DNA from: a virus
Virus record (IMG/VR): IMGVR_UViG_3300047369_000650
Location: 96,001-160,000 of that record
Reading direction: 5' to 3' (one strand)
DNA length: 64,000 nt
Position numbers and translations under genes: made by a program. The first letter of the stretch is position 1, and every line of letters begins with the position of its first letter. The notes beneath the pieces were generated by a model, which saw only the letters and a list, made by a program, of their open reading frames with translations, did no database searches and had not been told where the DNA came from. This document shows, piece by piece, positions 20,601 to 30,048 of this stretch.

Positions 20601-23600
20601 TTACTGCTAGTGGTATTAATGAAGATAGTGCTAGAATTTATCTTACATCAGAAGAAGATTCTCAGAGAACAATGGTTCTTAAAGTTGGAGATAATCTTAG
20701 TGATAAGATAGCATTTGAAGTTCCTGATAATGATGGCGTATTACAAAACGGGTTTATAAATTTTCATAGAGGTAATTTACATATTGTATTTGATCAAACA
20801 CCACAACTAGGTGGCGATTTAGATGTACAACAGTTTAGAATGTATAGAGAAAATTTAAATAATGAAATGATTGATCTTGGTTATACTTTAGGTTACGGTA
20901 GTAATAGTATAGCAATTTCGGCACGGCAAAGTATATTTAATTTCTTAGACAATAATAATAACGAAGAAGATAATTTCTTTGGTATATTTTCCAATAAAAA
21001 TGCTAATTTAGAAGCCACAACTGTAGATGATGCTGTTTTTGCTGTTATGGAAGACGGGTCTATAAAATTTAATTTCGAAGATTCTTCGACTACCATAACA
21101 GAAATAGGGACTAGTACCGGAAGACAAGAGGGTTTAACAACCGATGACGTTCCGGAAGGACCATCAGGATTAAATCTATATTTTGATTCTGCTAGAATGT
21201 TTATAGCACTAAAGCACGAAAATACTAATAATAACTCTGTATATGATGCTGCCGGTGGCGGTATAGGTAATATTAATGTTAATCAAGCAACTAAAACAAT
21301 TGAATTTGAAGGTATTACTAATACAGATGGATTACCAGAAGGTGCTAATAATTTATACTTTACAGACGAAAGAGCACAAGATGCTGTTGGTAATATTATG
21401 TCTGGTGATGATGATATATTAGTTACTTATACTGATAATGGCGGCGCAGCGGGCACTATAGAAATAACATCGACACTTACGCAAGGATCGGTATTTGGAT
21501 TACAAACTAAGTATGAATTACAGGGCGATGGAACAGCATCTAATAATGGACAAATAAAATTAAATATTGATTCTAATGGGGTCTCAAGAACTGAAACTAT
21601 TACAGTTACTGGTCTTAATGGAATCAATATTGATGGTTCTGGTACAAACTCATTAGTAGTTGATGCAGGTTCTTTAGTTAAAACTTATTCAGTATCAAGC
21701 GGTGATGTAACGGGCGGATCTAAACTAATTCTCACTGAAACTGATGTTGATAATAATACGGTAGATGATCAGGTTAGCTTTTTAGGTGCCGATGGTATTT
21801 CAGTATCTCAAGCCTCTGATGCAATAACAATATCTGGAATTGATCTTCAAGCTGTAAGTACGATTACAGCAAATCAGACTGGTGGTAATAGTTTTATAAC
21901 TTTAAATGATTCTAGCCCTGTTGCTGGAATTACTACAACTAATTTAGGTGTTACTGGAGCAAACGGTATTGAAATTAGTGTTGATAGTAATGGTGCAGGT
22001 AATGCTACTTTGGGTATCAGTGCAGCCGCTCTTCAAATTACTTCTACGCTACAAGCTAATGCATCTGCTGCCGGTGTTGATACTAGAATTACTTTTACCG
22101 AAACAGATGCTGCATCAAATTCTACAGCACAATTTATAGAATTTACTGGTACTGGCGGTATAACAGTTTCGTCTATAGCACCAGCCGGTGTTCATGACGG
22201 AATAATAACAATTGGTGCGGATAGTATGCACCACCCAAATACTACATATATTGCCAAGTTTGCTGATCCGCCTGGTGTTACAGAGAATGAAGTTGATTTT
22301 AAATTAATACACCAAGGTCCAGATAGTGGCGAAGATACAACACTAAAGATTAAATCTGTCGATGGTATTTTAACAAGAGAATCTGATGGAGAACTTGTTA
22401 TTGGTGCAATAGTTCAGATTGAACAGATTAATAACGAGACAATTACATTTTCAACTGATGCAACTGATGCTGCAATTTCTCTTGGCACTACAACCGAGTT
22501 TACAACAAATAGTTCTACATCAGAAACAATTACAATTAATCATGGTGCTACAGGATCTGGCGCTGCCCAAACTTCTGCAAATAGTGGTCAAACTGTTATA
22601 CAGAATATTTCACTGGATAAATTTGGCCATGTACAATCAATTACTAATGGTACAGTTGTTGGTCAATATCTTATGGCTGCAACTGGTGTTAATGAAGCCA
22701 ATCTAAGATTTGATACTCAGGCTAATGGACAAAGTGGTTCTGCACAAGATGTAACCCTTAAGGGTGGTGGGGCTGTTGTAGTAAGGTACGTAAACTCAAC
22801 AGAAATAGAAATTGATGTAGATAGTTCACAGTTTGCGCTTGGTTCTATAGGTGGTCATACCGACGTAGATATTACTACGAACGCACCAACTAATGGTCAA
22901 GCTTTAAAATGGAATGGAACAAATTTTGTTCCTGGCGATGTTGCTGTTTCTCTTGCAATGGATGATCTTTCAGATGTTAGTACAGCGGGTATAACTAATG
23001 GTCAAGCTATAATTTATAATGGAACATCTTTTGTTGCAGGTGATGCAGGAGAGACATATACCGCAGGAACTGGACTTTCTCTTGATGTAAATAATGAATT
23101 TACTAATACCGCCCCTGATCAAACAGTATCTTTAACAGGTAGTGGAGCAACATCTGTCAGTGGAACATATCCTAGCTTTACTATTAGTAGCACAGATACG
23201 AACACTGACACAACATATTCAGCTGGTAACGGCATTAGTTTAAGCGGTACCACATTTAGTGTTGGTGCTGGTAGTGGATTAACTCAAACTACGGGCGGCT
23301 TAGGAATGTCTGGGTCTTACACTGGTAATTTCCTTCTTACTGGCGCCTTTACAGCAACTGGAGATATTACTGCATTCGGAACATCTGATAAAAGATTAAA
23401 GACTAATATTTCTGTAATTGATAATGCTTTAGATAAGATAAATAAAATTTCTGGATATACATTTAACTGGAATGAATTAGCGGAAGATAAAGATCAAACT
23501 CTTAGAGAGGCTGGAGTTTTAGCCCAAGAAGTTGAAGAAGTATTACCAGAAGTTACTACAACAAGAGAAGATGGGTATAAAGCTGTTAGATATGAAAAAC

Positions 23601-23671
23601 TGGTTCCATTATTAATTGAAGCAATTAAAGAACTTTCCGAAAAAGTTGAAAGACTTGAAAGGGAAAAATAA
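17651..23671 (+). CDS. 2006-aa tail fibre/spike protein with C-terminal peptidase S74 intramolecular chaperone
   Basis: SDKRLKTNI...GYTFNW...GVLAQEVEEVLPE...YEKLVPLLIEAIKEL; fibre repeats (EG..NLYF, NGQA(L/I).(W/Y)NGT.F); ILEI-like segment. Confidence 0.85.
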   Translation: MYDLVSYITNKGQRGTIDPSSSPGVIARTIDYDTVWVEFSVDLETPPNPDYIRGWFFTDETLPGYSFFPNSSAIQTGTNPPDKKLYTSNVPVRLYLDEDTIIDPQGNRVLDFRLSTAVAQSESSLKNGQWIESTAADIIFTIYANGNPAQVFLDVLPVDEFESDFGSPTNSLTIDSAYINGMRVDSAHIRHLAYVNLIEGDSAQFEHIATNTLAANTLITDLEINGQKIYGVGSALSGNTLDLDYDEPTDRDNSVAITSLQSIHNFLDVNNSETGNYWALYNNLNAYTDTINKNNAIFSIDETGAVVAKSLEVNQYILDSGGLKWSKDSNVKIYYDSDVQAWRIEPDLFGYADSVTPGADSDLSLSSDNLLLNLSGKDGQFLSYGEASEAYYLDYALKTGRFIFDDDQLNEEKEFIPDTQLESMDSQGKYKYYDQFSNFSHYNIREFDSDPVENFTFPFNDSDAQVLRYDEITNSIYSDFAPRTFAGFISPKRYNSYNIKATFSSTTATDFPIFLVVAQLKIRGREYTISAFRRPKGILQEHSDYLELDHIAVNPPSWGLVYNYGQSDEYYFDFDWVTRGMAPAPVTPTFDGQSTSDWVSAGQTTVWGYKDNNILFVATNQFGSTDIENPELKTVILLNIEEEIAAGSTFLEPFLNAETSYGFGTQNQTNAVITNILFTTEDNDKNIFDLKNDLIYTFVSDREKDEFGVNSSGYYILDSSVGVDQVMNTGRLFYNDRSKILYWKDPDNSYQLIKEVDLSGLPQSSAYVEMRGTGLNNNSPAYLYIDNETEYFEFNQNPILLKGYHGHGRGLNLTTFDTVGTKLSSTTFDTHGSDSNSTLLSDAINNMTNGHIGAITSYDAWIANVNDTLRTTAFDQGLMKLYNAPTSPIRNPYAAVFQKTGINGTVKAHEISSDDSSASLYADLTFSITRGTFHTYGPEQPNSLSSWNGKREAWIDENHNTKINNTLMLTEGRYKGMAFEGTSFTASGINEDSARIYLTSEEDSQRTMVLKVGDNLSDKIAFEVPDNDGVLQNGFINFHRGNLHIVFDQTPQLGGDLDVQQFRMYRENLNNEMIDLGYTLGYGSNSIAISARQSIFNFLDNNNNEEDNFFGIFSNKNANLEATTVDDAVFAVMEDGSIKFNFEDSSTTITEIGTSTGRQEGLTTDDVPEGPSGLNLYFDSARMFIALKHENTNNNSVYDAAGGGIGNINVNQATKTIEFEGITNTDGLPEGANNLYFTDERAQDAVGNIMSGDDDILVTYTDNGGAAGTIEITSTLTQGSVFGLQTKYELQGDGTASNNGQIKLNIDSNGVSRTETITVTGLNGINIDGSGTNSLVVDAGSLVKTYSVSSGDVTGGSKLILTETDVDNNTVDDQVSFLGADGISVSQASDAITISGIDLQAVSTITANQTGGNSFITLNDSSPVAGITTTNLGVTGANGIEISVDSNGAGNATLGISAAALQITSTLQANASAAGVDTRITFTETDAASNSTAQFIEFTGTGGITVSSIAPAGVHDGIITIGADSMHHPNTTYIAKFADPPGVTENEVDFKLIHQGPDSGEDTTLKIKSVDGILTRESDGELVIGAIVQIEQINNETITFSTDATDAAISLGTTTEFTTNSSTSETITINHGATGSGAAQTSANSGQTVIQNISLDKFGHVQSITNGTVVGQYLMAATGVNEANLRFDTQANGQSGSAQDVTLKGGGAVVVRYVNSTEIEIDVDSSQFALGSIGGHTDVDITTNAPTNGQALKWNGTNFVPGDVAVSLAMDDLSDVSTAGITNGQAIIYNGTSFVAGDAGETYTAGTGLSLDVNNEFTNTAPDQTVSLTGSGATSVSGTYPSFTISSTDTNTDTTYSAGNGISLSGTTFSVGAGSGLTQTTGGLGMSGSYTGNFLLTGAFTATGDITAFGTSDKRLKTNISVIDNALDKINKISGYTFNWNELAEDKDQTLREAGVLAQEVEEVLPEVTTTREDGYKAVRYEKLVPLLIEAIKELSEKVERLEREK

Positions 23672-24894
23672 TGCCATTTATACCAAACACCGGAGCTATA
23701 TCATTTAATAATAACATAGAAGATGTATTTGAAGATCAGTCAACTCCTGCAATGAGTTTATCAGAGTTTTATAGAAATGGAACTAATGTTCAAACAGCTA
23801 TATCCGCAACTAATGTTATAACTAATTCTGTAGTTACATCTGGAATCCCTACAAGCGGTCAAATTAGTTTTAGCGATTTTAGAAATCAAGGATTTAATAC
23901 TATACCGGTATCGGCAATATTTGATAGAAGTAATGTTACACTTGGTTCAAATGTTACTTTTACTGTACCAGCCAACGTCACCCAAATATCTGCTGTTTGT
24001 GTAGGCGCTGGAGGCGGCGGAGGAGGTAATTCATCTACTTCATTTACTGGAGCATCTGCAGGCGGTGGGGGCGGTACAGTCTATGGTAATATTTCAGTAT
24101 CTCCAGGTGATACTTTTACTGTAGTGGTCGGCGCGGGTGGTGCTGGCGGAACAAGTTCCGGAGCAGATGGGTCTGATGGTGGTGATACTTATATTCTTGA
24201 CTCGAGTGGTTCTACAAGACTAATTGCATATGGCGGTGAGGGCGGACTAACTGATGTAAACAATAACACTGCAGGTGGTGCCGGTGGTATGAGTGGCGGC
24301 TCTGATAAAACGGGCGGAGGTACTGGTGGCCGCGGCGGTTCTAGTTCAACAGCTATCCCACATAAATCTCCAGGTGGTGGTGGTGCAGGTGGTTATCAGA
24401 GTTCTGGTGGTCGTGGTTGGCATGCGGATGGATCCCCGTCGGCTGGTACTGGCTTTGCAGGTGGTGGTGGGGGTGGCTCAAGAACACAGTCAAGTTCTTC
24501 AAATAATGGGTTTCCAGAAGATTTTCAAGCTGGTGGCGCTACTGGAATATACGGTATGGGTGATGGTGGGCAAGCATTCATCAACTCACCGCTTGGTGTA
24601 CATGTGCAATACTCAAGACACGGAAGCAATTGGAAATCAGCAGCTTTCTTTGCTGGTCCGTTAGGACCATCAAGCGGTGCAGGTTCGATAACTCCACCAA
24701 CTTCTGGTTCAGCTAATCATCCATCATTTAGCGGTCAAGCTGCTTCACCTGGCGGTGGTGGTGCTGGTATTATTCAAAGTACTATTGGTCATGGACAAAA
24801 AGGCGGTGATGGGGCTGTAAGAATTGTTTGGGGCAATCAAAGTAATGGAGCAACAAGGCAATATCCCGATTATGATGATGTATTGGGAGATTAA
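23671..24894 (+). CDS. glycine-rich distal fibre/adhesin-like protein
   Basis: N-terminal ISF..I...SLSEFYR..IPTSGQISFSDF, then VCVGAGGGGG and glycine-rich loops to GGDGAVRIVW; stop/start-coupled to the S74 fibre. Confidence 0.7.
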   Translation: MPFIPNTGAISFNNNIEDVFEDQSTPAMSLSEFYRNGTNVQTAISATNVITNSVVTSGIPTSGQISFSDFRNQGFNTIPVSAIFDRSNVTLGSNVTFTVPANVTQISAVCVGAGGGGGGNSSTSFTGASAGGGGGTVYGNISVSPGDTFTVVVGAGGAGGTSSGADGSDGGDTYILDSSGSTRLIAYGGEGGLTDVNNNTAGGAGGMSGGSDKTGGGTGGRGGSSSTAIPHKSPGGGGAGGYQSSGGRGWHADGSPSAGTGFAGGGGGGSRTQSSSSNNGFPEDFQAGGATGIYGMGDGGQAFINSPLGVHVQYSRHGSNWKSAAFFAGPLGPSSGAGSITPPTSGSANHPSFSGQAASPGGGGAGIIQSTIGHGQKGGDGAVRIVWGNQSNGATRQYPDYDDVLGD

Positions 24895-24913
24895 AAGTCA
24901 AAAACTTAATTTA

Positions 24914-24921
24914 TATAAATA
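24914..24921 (+). promoter_or_regulatory. late promoter
   Basis: TATAAATA before head core genes. Confidence 0.85.
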
Positions 24922-24943
24922 ATCTAAAATATGGAGAATAATT

Positions 24944-25273
24944 ATGGATGATGAATTAAATAATGTTACAGATGTTTCAGACGAAAACATCGAAAGTCTT
25001 GAAGATATTGATACAGTAGATACATCTGCTGAAGAAGATACAAGTGATGAACCAGAAGTAGAACTAGATCCAATCGAAGCGATGATATCGTCTATTGAGG
25101 ATAAAGATTTTGTAAATTCTTCAAATATTTTTAATAATTTGGTTTCTGATAAATTAGCAGATGCAATTGATAATAAAAGAATTGAATTAGCTAATAGATT
25201 ATATAATAACGCACCTGAAGAAGTAGATGCAGAAGTAGATATGGAAGTAGAAGTAGAAGATGAAATCGTTTAA
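24944..25273 (+). CDS. prohead core protein (gp67-like)
   Basis: Very acidic; KLADAIDNKRIELA; position before gp21. Confidence 0.65.
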   Translation: MDDELNNVTDVSDENIESLEDIDTVDTSAEEDTSDEPEVELDPIEAMISSIEDKDFVNSSNIFNNLVSDKLADAIDNKRIELANRLYNNAPEEVDAEVDMEVEVEDEIV

Positions 25274-25454
25274 AACTTTAAAAGCCAGCTTAGATGAATC
25301 TAAGAAGATGAAAGTTAAAGGCATTGCAATTGAGATTGTAAAGGTCAAAAATAAGTTTCAGGCTAAAGTTGATGGTGACGTTTTAGATACTTATGCTTCG
25401 GAAAAAGAAGCTGAGAAAATGGCGAAAGAATTCGTCAAACAGTATAAAGGATAA
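25260..25454 (+). CDS. small prohead core protein (gp68-like position)
   Basis: MKSFKTLKASLDE N-terminus typical of processed head proteins; between gp67-like and gp21. Confidence 0.55.
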   Translation: MKSFKTLKASLDESKKMKVKGIAIEIVKVKNKFQAKVDGDVLDTYASEKEAEKMAKEFVKQYKG

Positions 25455-25458
25455 AACT

Positions 25459-26112
25459 ATGAAGCTTATTGCGGAATACAATGATCAAGAACTATCTTAT
25501 GTTACCGAAGAGGTAGATGAGAGTGGTAAGAAAAACTATGTGATCGAAGGTATCTTCGCACAAGCTGAAAGTAAGAATAGAAACGGCAGAATCTACCCTA
25601 GAGGTATTATGGAGTCTGCAGTTCATAAATTTGCGACTGAACAAGTTGCAACTAAGAGAGCGGTTGGAGAGTTAAATCATCCAGAAGGACCAACTGTTAA
25701 CTTAGATAAGGTTTCGCATCGCATTACCGAGATGACTTGGGAAGGTAATAATGTGATGGGGAAAGCGCTTATATTAGATACTCCAATGGGAAACATTGTA
25801 AAAGGTCTCCTCGATGGTGGTGTTCAACTAGGCGTTTCAACTCGTGGTATGGGAAGTCTTGAGAATCGTAATGGGACAATGTATGTAAAGGAAGACTTTA
25901 TGTTAAACACTGTCGACATTGTACAAGATCCATCTGCTCCAGAAGCTTTCGTTAATGGGATTATGGAAGGTGTAGAGTGGGTTTGGAACAATGGTGTTAT
26001 TCAACCTCAAGATATTGAAGAAATTGAGACTGAAATTAAAAAAGCTCCGCGTGCTGATATGCATTTAGTGCAGGAACGTGAGTTTAAGAATTTCCTCTCG
26101 TTGCTCAAATAA
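25459..26112 (+). CDS. gp21: prohead protease gp21
   Basis: IEGIFAQAE..NRNGRIYP, GELNHP, GVSTRGMGSL, DPSAPEAFV; ATG 25459. Confidence 0.96.
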   Translation: MKLIAEYNDQELSYVTEEVDESGKKNYVIEGIFAQAESKNRNGRIYPRGIMESAVHKFATEQVATKRAVGELNHPEGPTVNLDKVSHRITEMTWEGNNVMGKALILDTPMGNIVKGLLDGGVQLGVSTRGMGSLENRNGTMYVKEDFMLNTVDIVQDPSAPEAFVNGIMEGVEWVWNNGVIQPQDIEEIETEIKKAPRADMHLVQEREFKNFLSLLK

Positions 26113-26126
26113 AAGAGGAGTCAAAC

Positions 26127-27179
26127 ATGACTGATCAAATACAAGACCAGGAAGTTGAGCTCGATGAAGCAGCGGAAGTTGTGGACGAAGCTCATGATCC
26201 TAAAAATGCAGAAGCTCAATCAGTCGACAGTGTCGATAAAGCAGCTAAAGCAGTAACAAAACAGGCGCCAATTCCGAAAACAAAAGCGGGAATGGTTAAT
26301 GCTATGTACGGTAAGCTACAAGCAATGAAAAAAGCGGATCTTCAAGCGTCATATAAAACTATGATGGGCGAAGAAGTTGAAATCGAAGATGAGATTGTTG
26401 TCTCAGAACATAAAGAAGACCTTCAAGCACTTATTGCTAACGAAGAGGGTCTTGCGGAAGGTTTCAAAGAAAAAGCCGCTACAATTTTTGAAGCAGCTGT
26501 TAATTCAAAAGTGAATGAAGCAGTAGCTAAGAAAGAAGCTGAACTCGAAGCAACTATTGCTGAAAGAGTAACAGCCCTTGAAGAGCATTATGCAACAGAA
26601 ATTGAAGAAGGTCTCAACGAAACACGTGGAGAGCTTGTTGAGAAAATCGACAGCTATCTAAACTATGTAGTTGAAACTTGGATGGAAGAAAACAAATTGG
26701 CTGTAGAAGCTGGTTTGAGAACAGAGATTGCAGAAACATTCATGAACAATTTGAAAGACTTGTTTACTGAATCTTATATCGAAGTTCCAGAATCCAAAAT
26801 TGATCTTGTGGACGATTTGGTAGAGCAAGTTGAAGAGCTTGAAAGCCAATTGAATTCACAAACAGAGAAAAACATGGAAATGTCAGAATCTGTAAAATCA
26901 ATGAAAAAAGAAGTTTGCATTCGTGAAGCTTCTAAAGACCTAGCAGAAACACAAGTTGAAAAACTTAGAAGTCTTGCTGAAAGTGTTGACTTTACAACCG
27001 AAGAAGATTTTGCTTCAAAAATCTCTACACTTAAAGAATCATATTTTGCTCAGAAACCTGTAGAAACTACAGAAGCACCAGTAGAAATGGTTAATGAAAG
27101 TGTTGTAGAAGAAGAAGCTGATGAAACAGAAATTTCAAGCAACATGGATAAATATCTCTCAGCATTGAGAACATCTTAA
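26127..27179 (+). CDS. gp22: prohead core scaffold gp22
   Basis: FKEKAATIFEAAV, DSYLNYVVETWMEEN; between gp21 and gp23. Confidence 0.93.
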   Translation: MTDQIQDQEVELDEAAEVVDEAHDPKNAEAQSVDSVDKAAKAVTKQAPIPKTKAGMVNAMYGKLQAMKKADLQASYKTMMGEEVEIEDEIVVSEHKEDLQALIANEEGLAEGFKEKAATIFEAAVNSKVNEAVAKKEAELEATIAERVTALEEHYATEIEEGLNETRGELVEKIDSYLNYVVETWMEENKLAVEAGLRTEIAETFMNNLKDLFTESYIEVPESKIDLVDDLVEQVEELESQLNSQTEKNMEMSESVKSMKKEVCIREASKDLAETQVEKLRSLAESVDFTTEEDFASKISTLKESYFAQKPVETTEAPVEMVNESVVEEEADETEISSNMDKYLSALRTS

Positions 27180-27198
27180 TTTAAGGGGACAAAAGAAA

Positions 27199-28530
27199 AT
27201 GTCTAATACATATAAAAATCTCACAGAGAAATGGGCACCAGTGCTCAACGAAGAATCAGCAGGTAAAATCGATGATTCTTACAGAAAATCAGTAACAGCT
27301 GTAGTTCTTGAGAATCAAGAAAAAGCTCTTGCTGAGCAGCGTCAAGCAGAGCAAGGTTTCTTGTCAGAAAACGCTCCATCAAATAACACCGGTTCAGTAG
27401 GTAACTGGGATCCAATCCTTATCTCACTTGTACGTCGTGCAATGCCAAACATGATGGCTTATGATGTATGTGGTGTGCAGCCAATGACTGGACCAACAGG
27501 CTTGATCTTCGCAATGAAGTCACGCTATGGTGCAGGTGCAACAACCTCAACTGAAGCTCTATATAACGAAGCAAATACTGCTTGGGGCGGAGATTCAACA
27601 GGTGCTAACGGTTCAGCAGGTCCATCAGGTCTTTCTGGTGTAACTGATGCTGCAGCAGATGGTTCACTCGATAATGACCGTGTAGCTAACGGCTTTGCTG
27701 GTGGTATGCCATTAACAGATGGTGAAGCACTTGGTAATACATCATCTACTTTCAACGAAATGGGTTTCACCATTGAAAAAGCAACTGTGTCTGCAAAAAC
27801 ACGTGCGTTGAAAGCAGAGTATAGCCTAGAGCTAGCACAAGACTTGAAAGCAATTCATGGTCTTGATGCAGAATCAGAATTGGCAAATATCTTGTCAACA
27901 GAGATTCTTGCGGAAATCAACCGTGAAGTAATCCGTACAATTAACTCACAAGCTAAGACTGGTGCTGCTACAGCTCAAACCGCTCTTAATGGTGTGTTTG
28001 ATCTTGCAAACGATGCTGATGGCCGTTGGTCAGTAGAGAAGTTTAAAGGTCTTATGGTACAAATCGAGCGTGAAGCAAATACAATTGCTAAAGAAACTCG
28101 TAGAGGCCGCGGTAACTTCATCATCACATCATCAGACGTAGCATCATGCTTGTCTGCAACAGGTATGCTTGATTATGCTCCGGCATTAGCAACTAACCTA
28201 AATGTAGATGATACAGGTAATACTTTTGCTGGTGTTCTTAACGGACGCACAAAAGTATATATCGATCCATATGCAACAACCGATTATGTAACCGTAGGTT
28301 ATAAAGGTACTAATGCATATGACGCCGGTGTATTCTATTGCCCATATGTACCACTAACTATGGTACGTGCCGTAGGTGAGAATGACTTCCAGCCAAAAAT
28401 CGGGTTTAAAACTCGTTACGGCATGGTATCAAACCCATTCGTAGGTGCAAACCCAGCGAGCGGTCTTGCTGCAGCAAAAACCAATCAGTACTACAGAATC
28501 TTCCGTGTGGATAACATCCTTAACGCATAA
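27199..28530 (+). CDS. gp23: major capsid protein gp23
   Basis: VQPMTGPTGLIFAM, RALKAEYSLELAQDLKAIHGLDAE, FQPKIGFKTRYG. Confidence 0.98.
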   Translation: MSNTYKNLTEKWAPVLNEESAGKIDDSYRKSVTAVVLENQEKALAEQRQAEQGFLSENAPSNNTGSVGNWDPILISLVRRAMPNMMAYDVCGVQPMTGPTGLIFAMKSRYGAGATTSTEALYNEANTAWGGDSTGANGSAGPSGLSGVTDAAADGSLDNDRVANGFAGGMPLTDGEALGNTSSTFNEMGFTIEKATVSAKTRALKAEYSLELAQDLKAIHGLDAESELANILSTEILAEINREVIRTINSQAKTGAATAQTALNGVFDLANDADGRWSVEKFKGLMVQIEREANTIAKETRRGRGNFIITSSDVASCLSATGMLDYAPALATNLNVDDTGNTFAGVLNGRTKVYIDPYATTDYVTVGYKGTNAYDAGVFYCPYVPLTMVRAVGENDFQPKIGFKTRYGMVSNPFVGANPASGLAAAKTNQYYRIFRVDNILNA

Positions 28531-28546
28531 GATTTAAATATAAAAA

Positions 28547-28598
28547 AAGGGAGGGGTTCAACCCTCCCAACTAAGCTCCATTCGTGGGGCTTTTTTTT
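28547..28598. terminator. tandem hairpins / likely bidirectional terminator after gp23
   Basis: GGGAGGG-gttcaa-CCCTCCC, then AAGCTCCA-TTCG-TGGGGCTT with T-run; lies between convergent genes. Confidence 0.85.
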
Positions 28599-28947
28599 AT
28601 GCCATCTTATTAGACATTTTCTTTAACCATTGAAACATGATTTTATCTGCCCACTCAGGATTTTTATTTTTTAAGATTTCAAGAGGAGCACCCTCAGGGC
28701 CTTCTTTTTTGCGGGCTTCTACATATTCTTCAATAGTAAAGCTTTTAATTAATTCTTTTAGAAATTTAGCCTTGGTGAAAGGACCGTTATACTTAAACCG
28801 AGCTATGAATAATTCCATTGGCATACCTACACGTGATGGGTGACAGTTAGGAGCAACTTGATCCCAAGTGGGTTGACCTTCATAAGTACCAGTGTACTCA
28901 AGATAACCACCGTGAAAAGTAAATTTAGATTTATCAAACTTAGTCAT
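28597..28947 (-). CDS. hypothetical early protein
   Basis: 116-aa ORF with GGAGA RBS and own early promoter; FIARFKY..FLKELIKSFT.EEY. Confidence 0.8.
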   Translation of the reverse strand: MTKFDKSKFTFHGGYLEYTGTYEGQPTWDQVAPNCHPSRVGMPMELFIARFKYNGPFTKAKFLKELIKSFTIEEYVEARKKEGPEGAPLEILKNKNPEWADKIMFQWLKKMSNKMA

Positions 28948-28950
28948 ATC

Positions 28951-29019
28951 TTTCTCCGATTCTATTTACTCTTACAACATATACTAAAAAACATCACTTG
29001 TAAACCCCTAAAATGCACT
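28951..29019 (-). promoter_or_regulatory. early promoter cassette (near-identical to 51733-51795)
   Basis: GCATTTTAGGGG-TTTACA-17nt-TATGTT-GTAAGAGTAAATAGAATCGGAGA on the - strand. Confidence 0.85.
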
Positions 29020-29028
29020 TTTTTTCAA

Positions 29029-29036
29029 TATAAATA
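29029..29036 (+). promoter_or_regulatory. late promoter
   Basis: TATAAATA before gp3. Confidence 0.8.
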
Positions 29037-29060
29037 GATATAACTTCAACGGAGAGGCAT

Positions 29061-29558
29061 ATGGCAGACCTTACTGAAAATTTTAACTTTTTACAGGCTA
29101 GCAACTTTAAGGTTGTTATAGATAGAAAAAAGTATGGTAATTTAGAATTTTTTGCTCAAAGAGTTATCCACCCTGGAGTAACAGTTACTGCACCTATAGT
29201 ACCATTTAAACGTATTCAAAGTATTGCTGTTCCAGGAGATACAATCGGTGTTGATGATTTAGCATTTGATGTATTAGTAGATGAGAATATGACAAGCTAT
29301 ACTGAGGTTTATAATTGGTTAGAAAGTCTTGTAGTCACTCCGTCAAATAATAAAAATAAAATAATAGCAGATGACGAAAACGTTGTTGATATAACATTGT
29401 CTATACTAAGTAGTCATAATAATGTTGTTAAAAAAATTAGATATATAGACTGTGTAGTAACAAACATAGGAACACTATTATTAGAAGCATCTGGTACCGA
29501 AACTCCAGTTATTACCTTTCCGGTAAACTTTAAAATATCATACTTTGAATTAGTATAG
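29061..29558 (+). CDS. gp3: tail completion/tube terminator gp3
   Basis: NFLQASNFK, DENMTSYTEVYNW; conserved position before uvsY. Confidence 0.85.
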   Translation: MADLTENFNFLQASNFKVVIDRKKYGNLEFFAQRVIHPGVTVTAPIVPFKRIQSIAVPGDTIGVDDLAFDVLVDENMTSYTEVYNWLESLVVTPSNNKNKIIADDENVVDITLSILSSHNNVVKKIRYIDCVVTNIGTLLLEASGTETPVITFPVNFKISYFELV

Positions 29559-29586
29559 ATACTATTAATATTGAAATTTATTTATT

Positions 29587-30048
29587 ATGGAGATGCACTT
29601 GTTGAATCTTGAAGATATACTTAATGATTGGAAAAAAGACTGTATAATTGATGAAAGCCATTTGGATAAATCATCAATTGATATAGCAAAACTTCACGCA
29701 AAATATTTACAACTTCTTTCTATTTCTAAACTACAGCTAAAAAAGACTGAGTTAAAGCAGAAAATTTTACTCAAAGATAAGTGGTTATATTATAATGATA
29801 AAATGACCCAAGAGCAAATTGAAGAGAAAGGTTGGGAATACGATCCTTTTAACGGAATGAAAGTCATGAAAGGTGATATGAATCACTACTATGATTCCGA
29901 TATAGATATTCAAAAGAGTGAAGAAAGAGTAACTTATTATAAAACCTTAGTTGAAACACTACAAGAAATTGTAACCAATATTAATTGGAAACATCAGACT
30001 ATAGGTAATATCATAAAATGGAAACAATTTGAAGCTGGTGGTTTTTAG
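29587..30048 (+). CDS. uvsY: recombination mediator UvsY
   Basis: W.KD..ID, LHAKYL, IGNIIKWKQFEAG. Confidence 0.9.
   Translation: MEMHLLNLEDILNDWKKDCIIDESHLDKSSIDIAKLHAKYLQLLSISKLQLKKTELKQKILLKDKWLYYNDKMTQEQIEEKGWEYDPFNGMKVMKGDMNHYYDSDIDIQKSEERVTYYKTLVETLQEIVTNINWKHQTIGNIIKWKQFEAGGF

Noticed and set aside
24000-24830. GC-rich GGC/GGT runs as a tandem repeat or foreign DNA
   Set aside because: Explained by glycine codons of the glycine-rich adhesin-like protein.
28530-29060. Absence of gp24 after gp23 as a novelty
   Set aside because: Many non-enteric T4-like phages lack an adjacent gp24, and it could lie outside the window.
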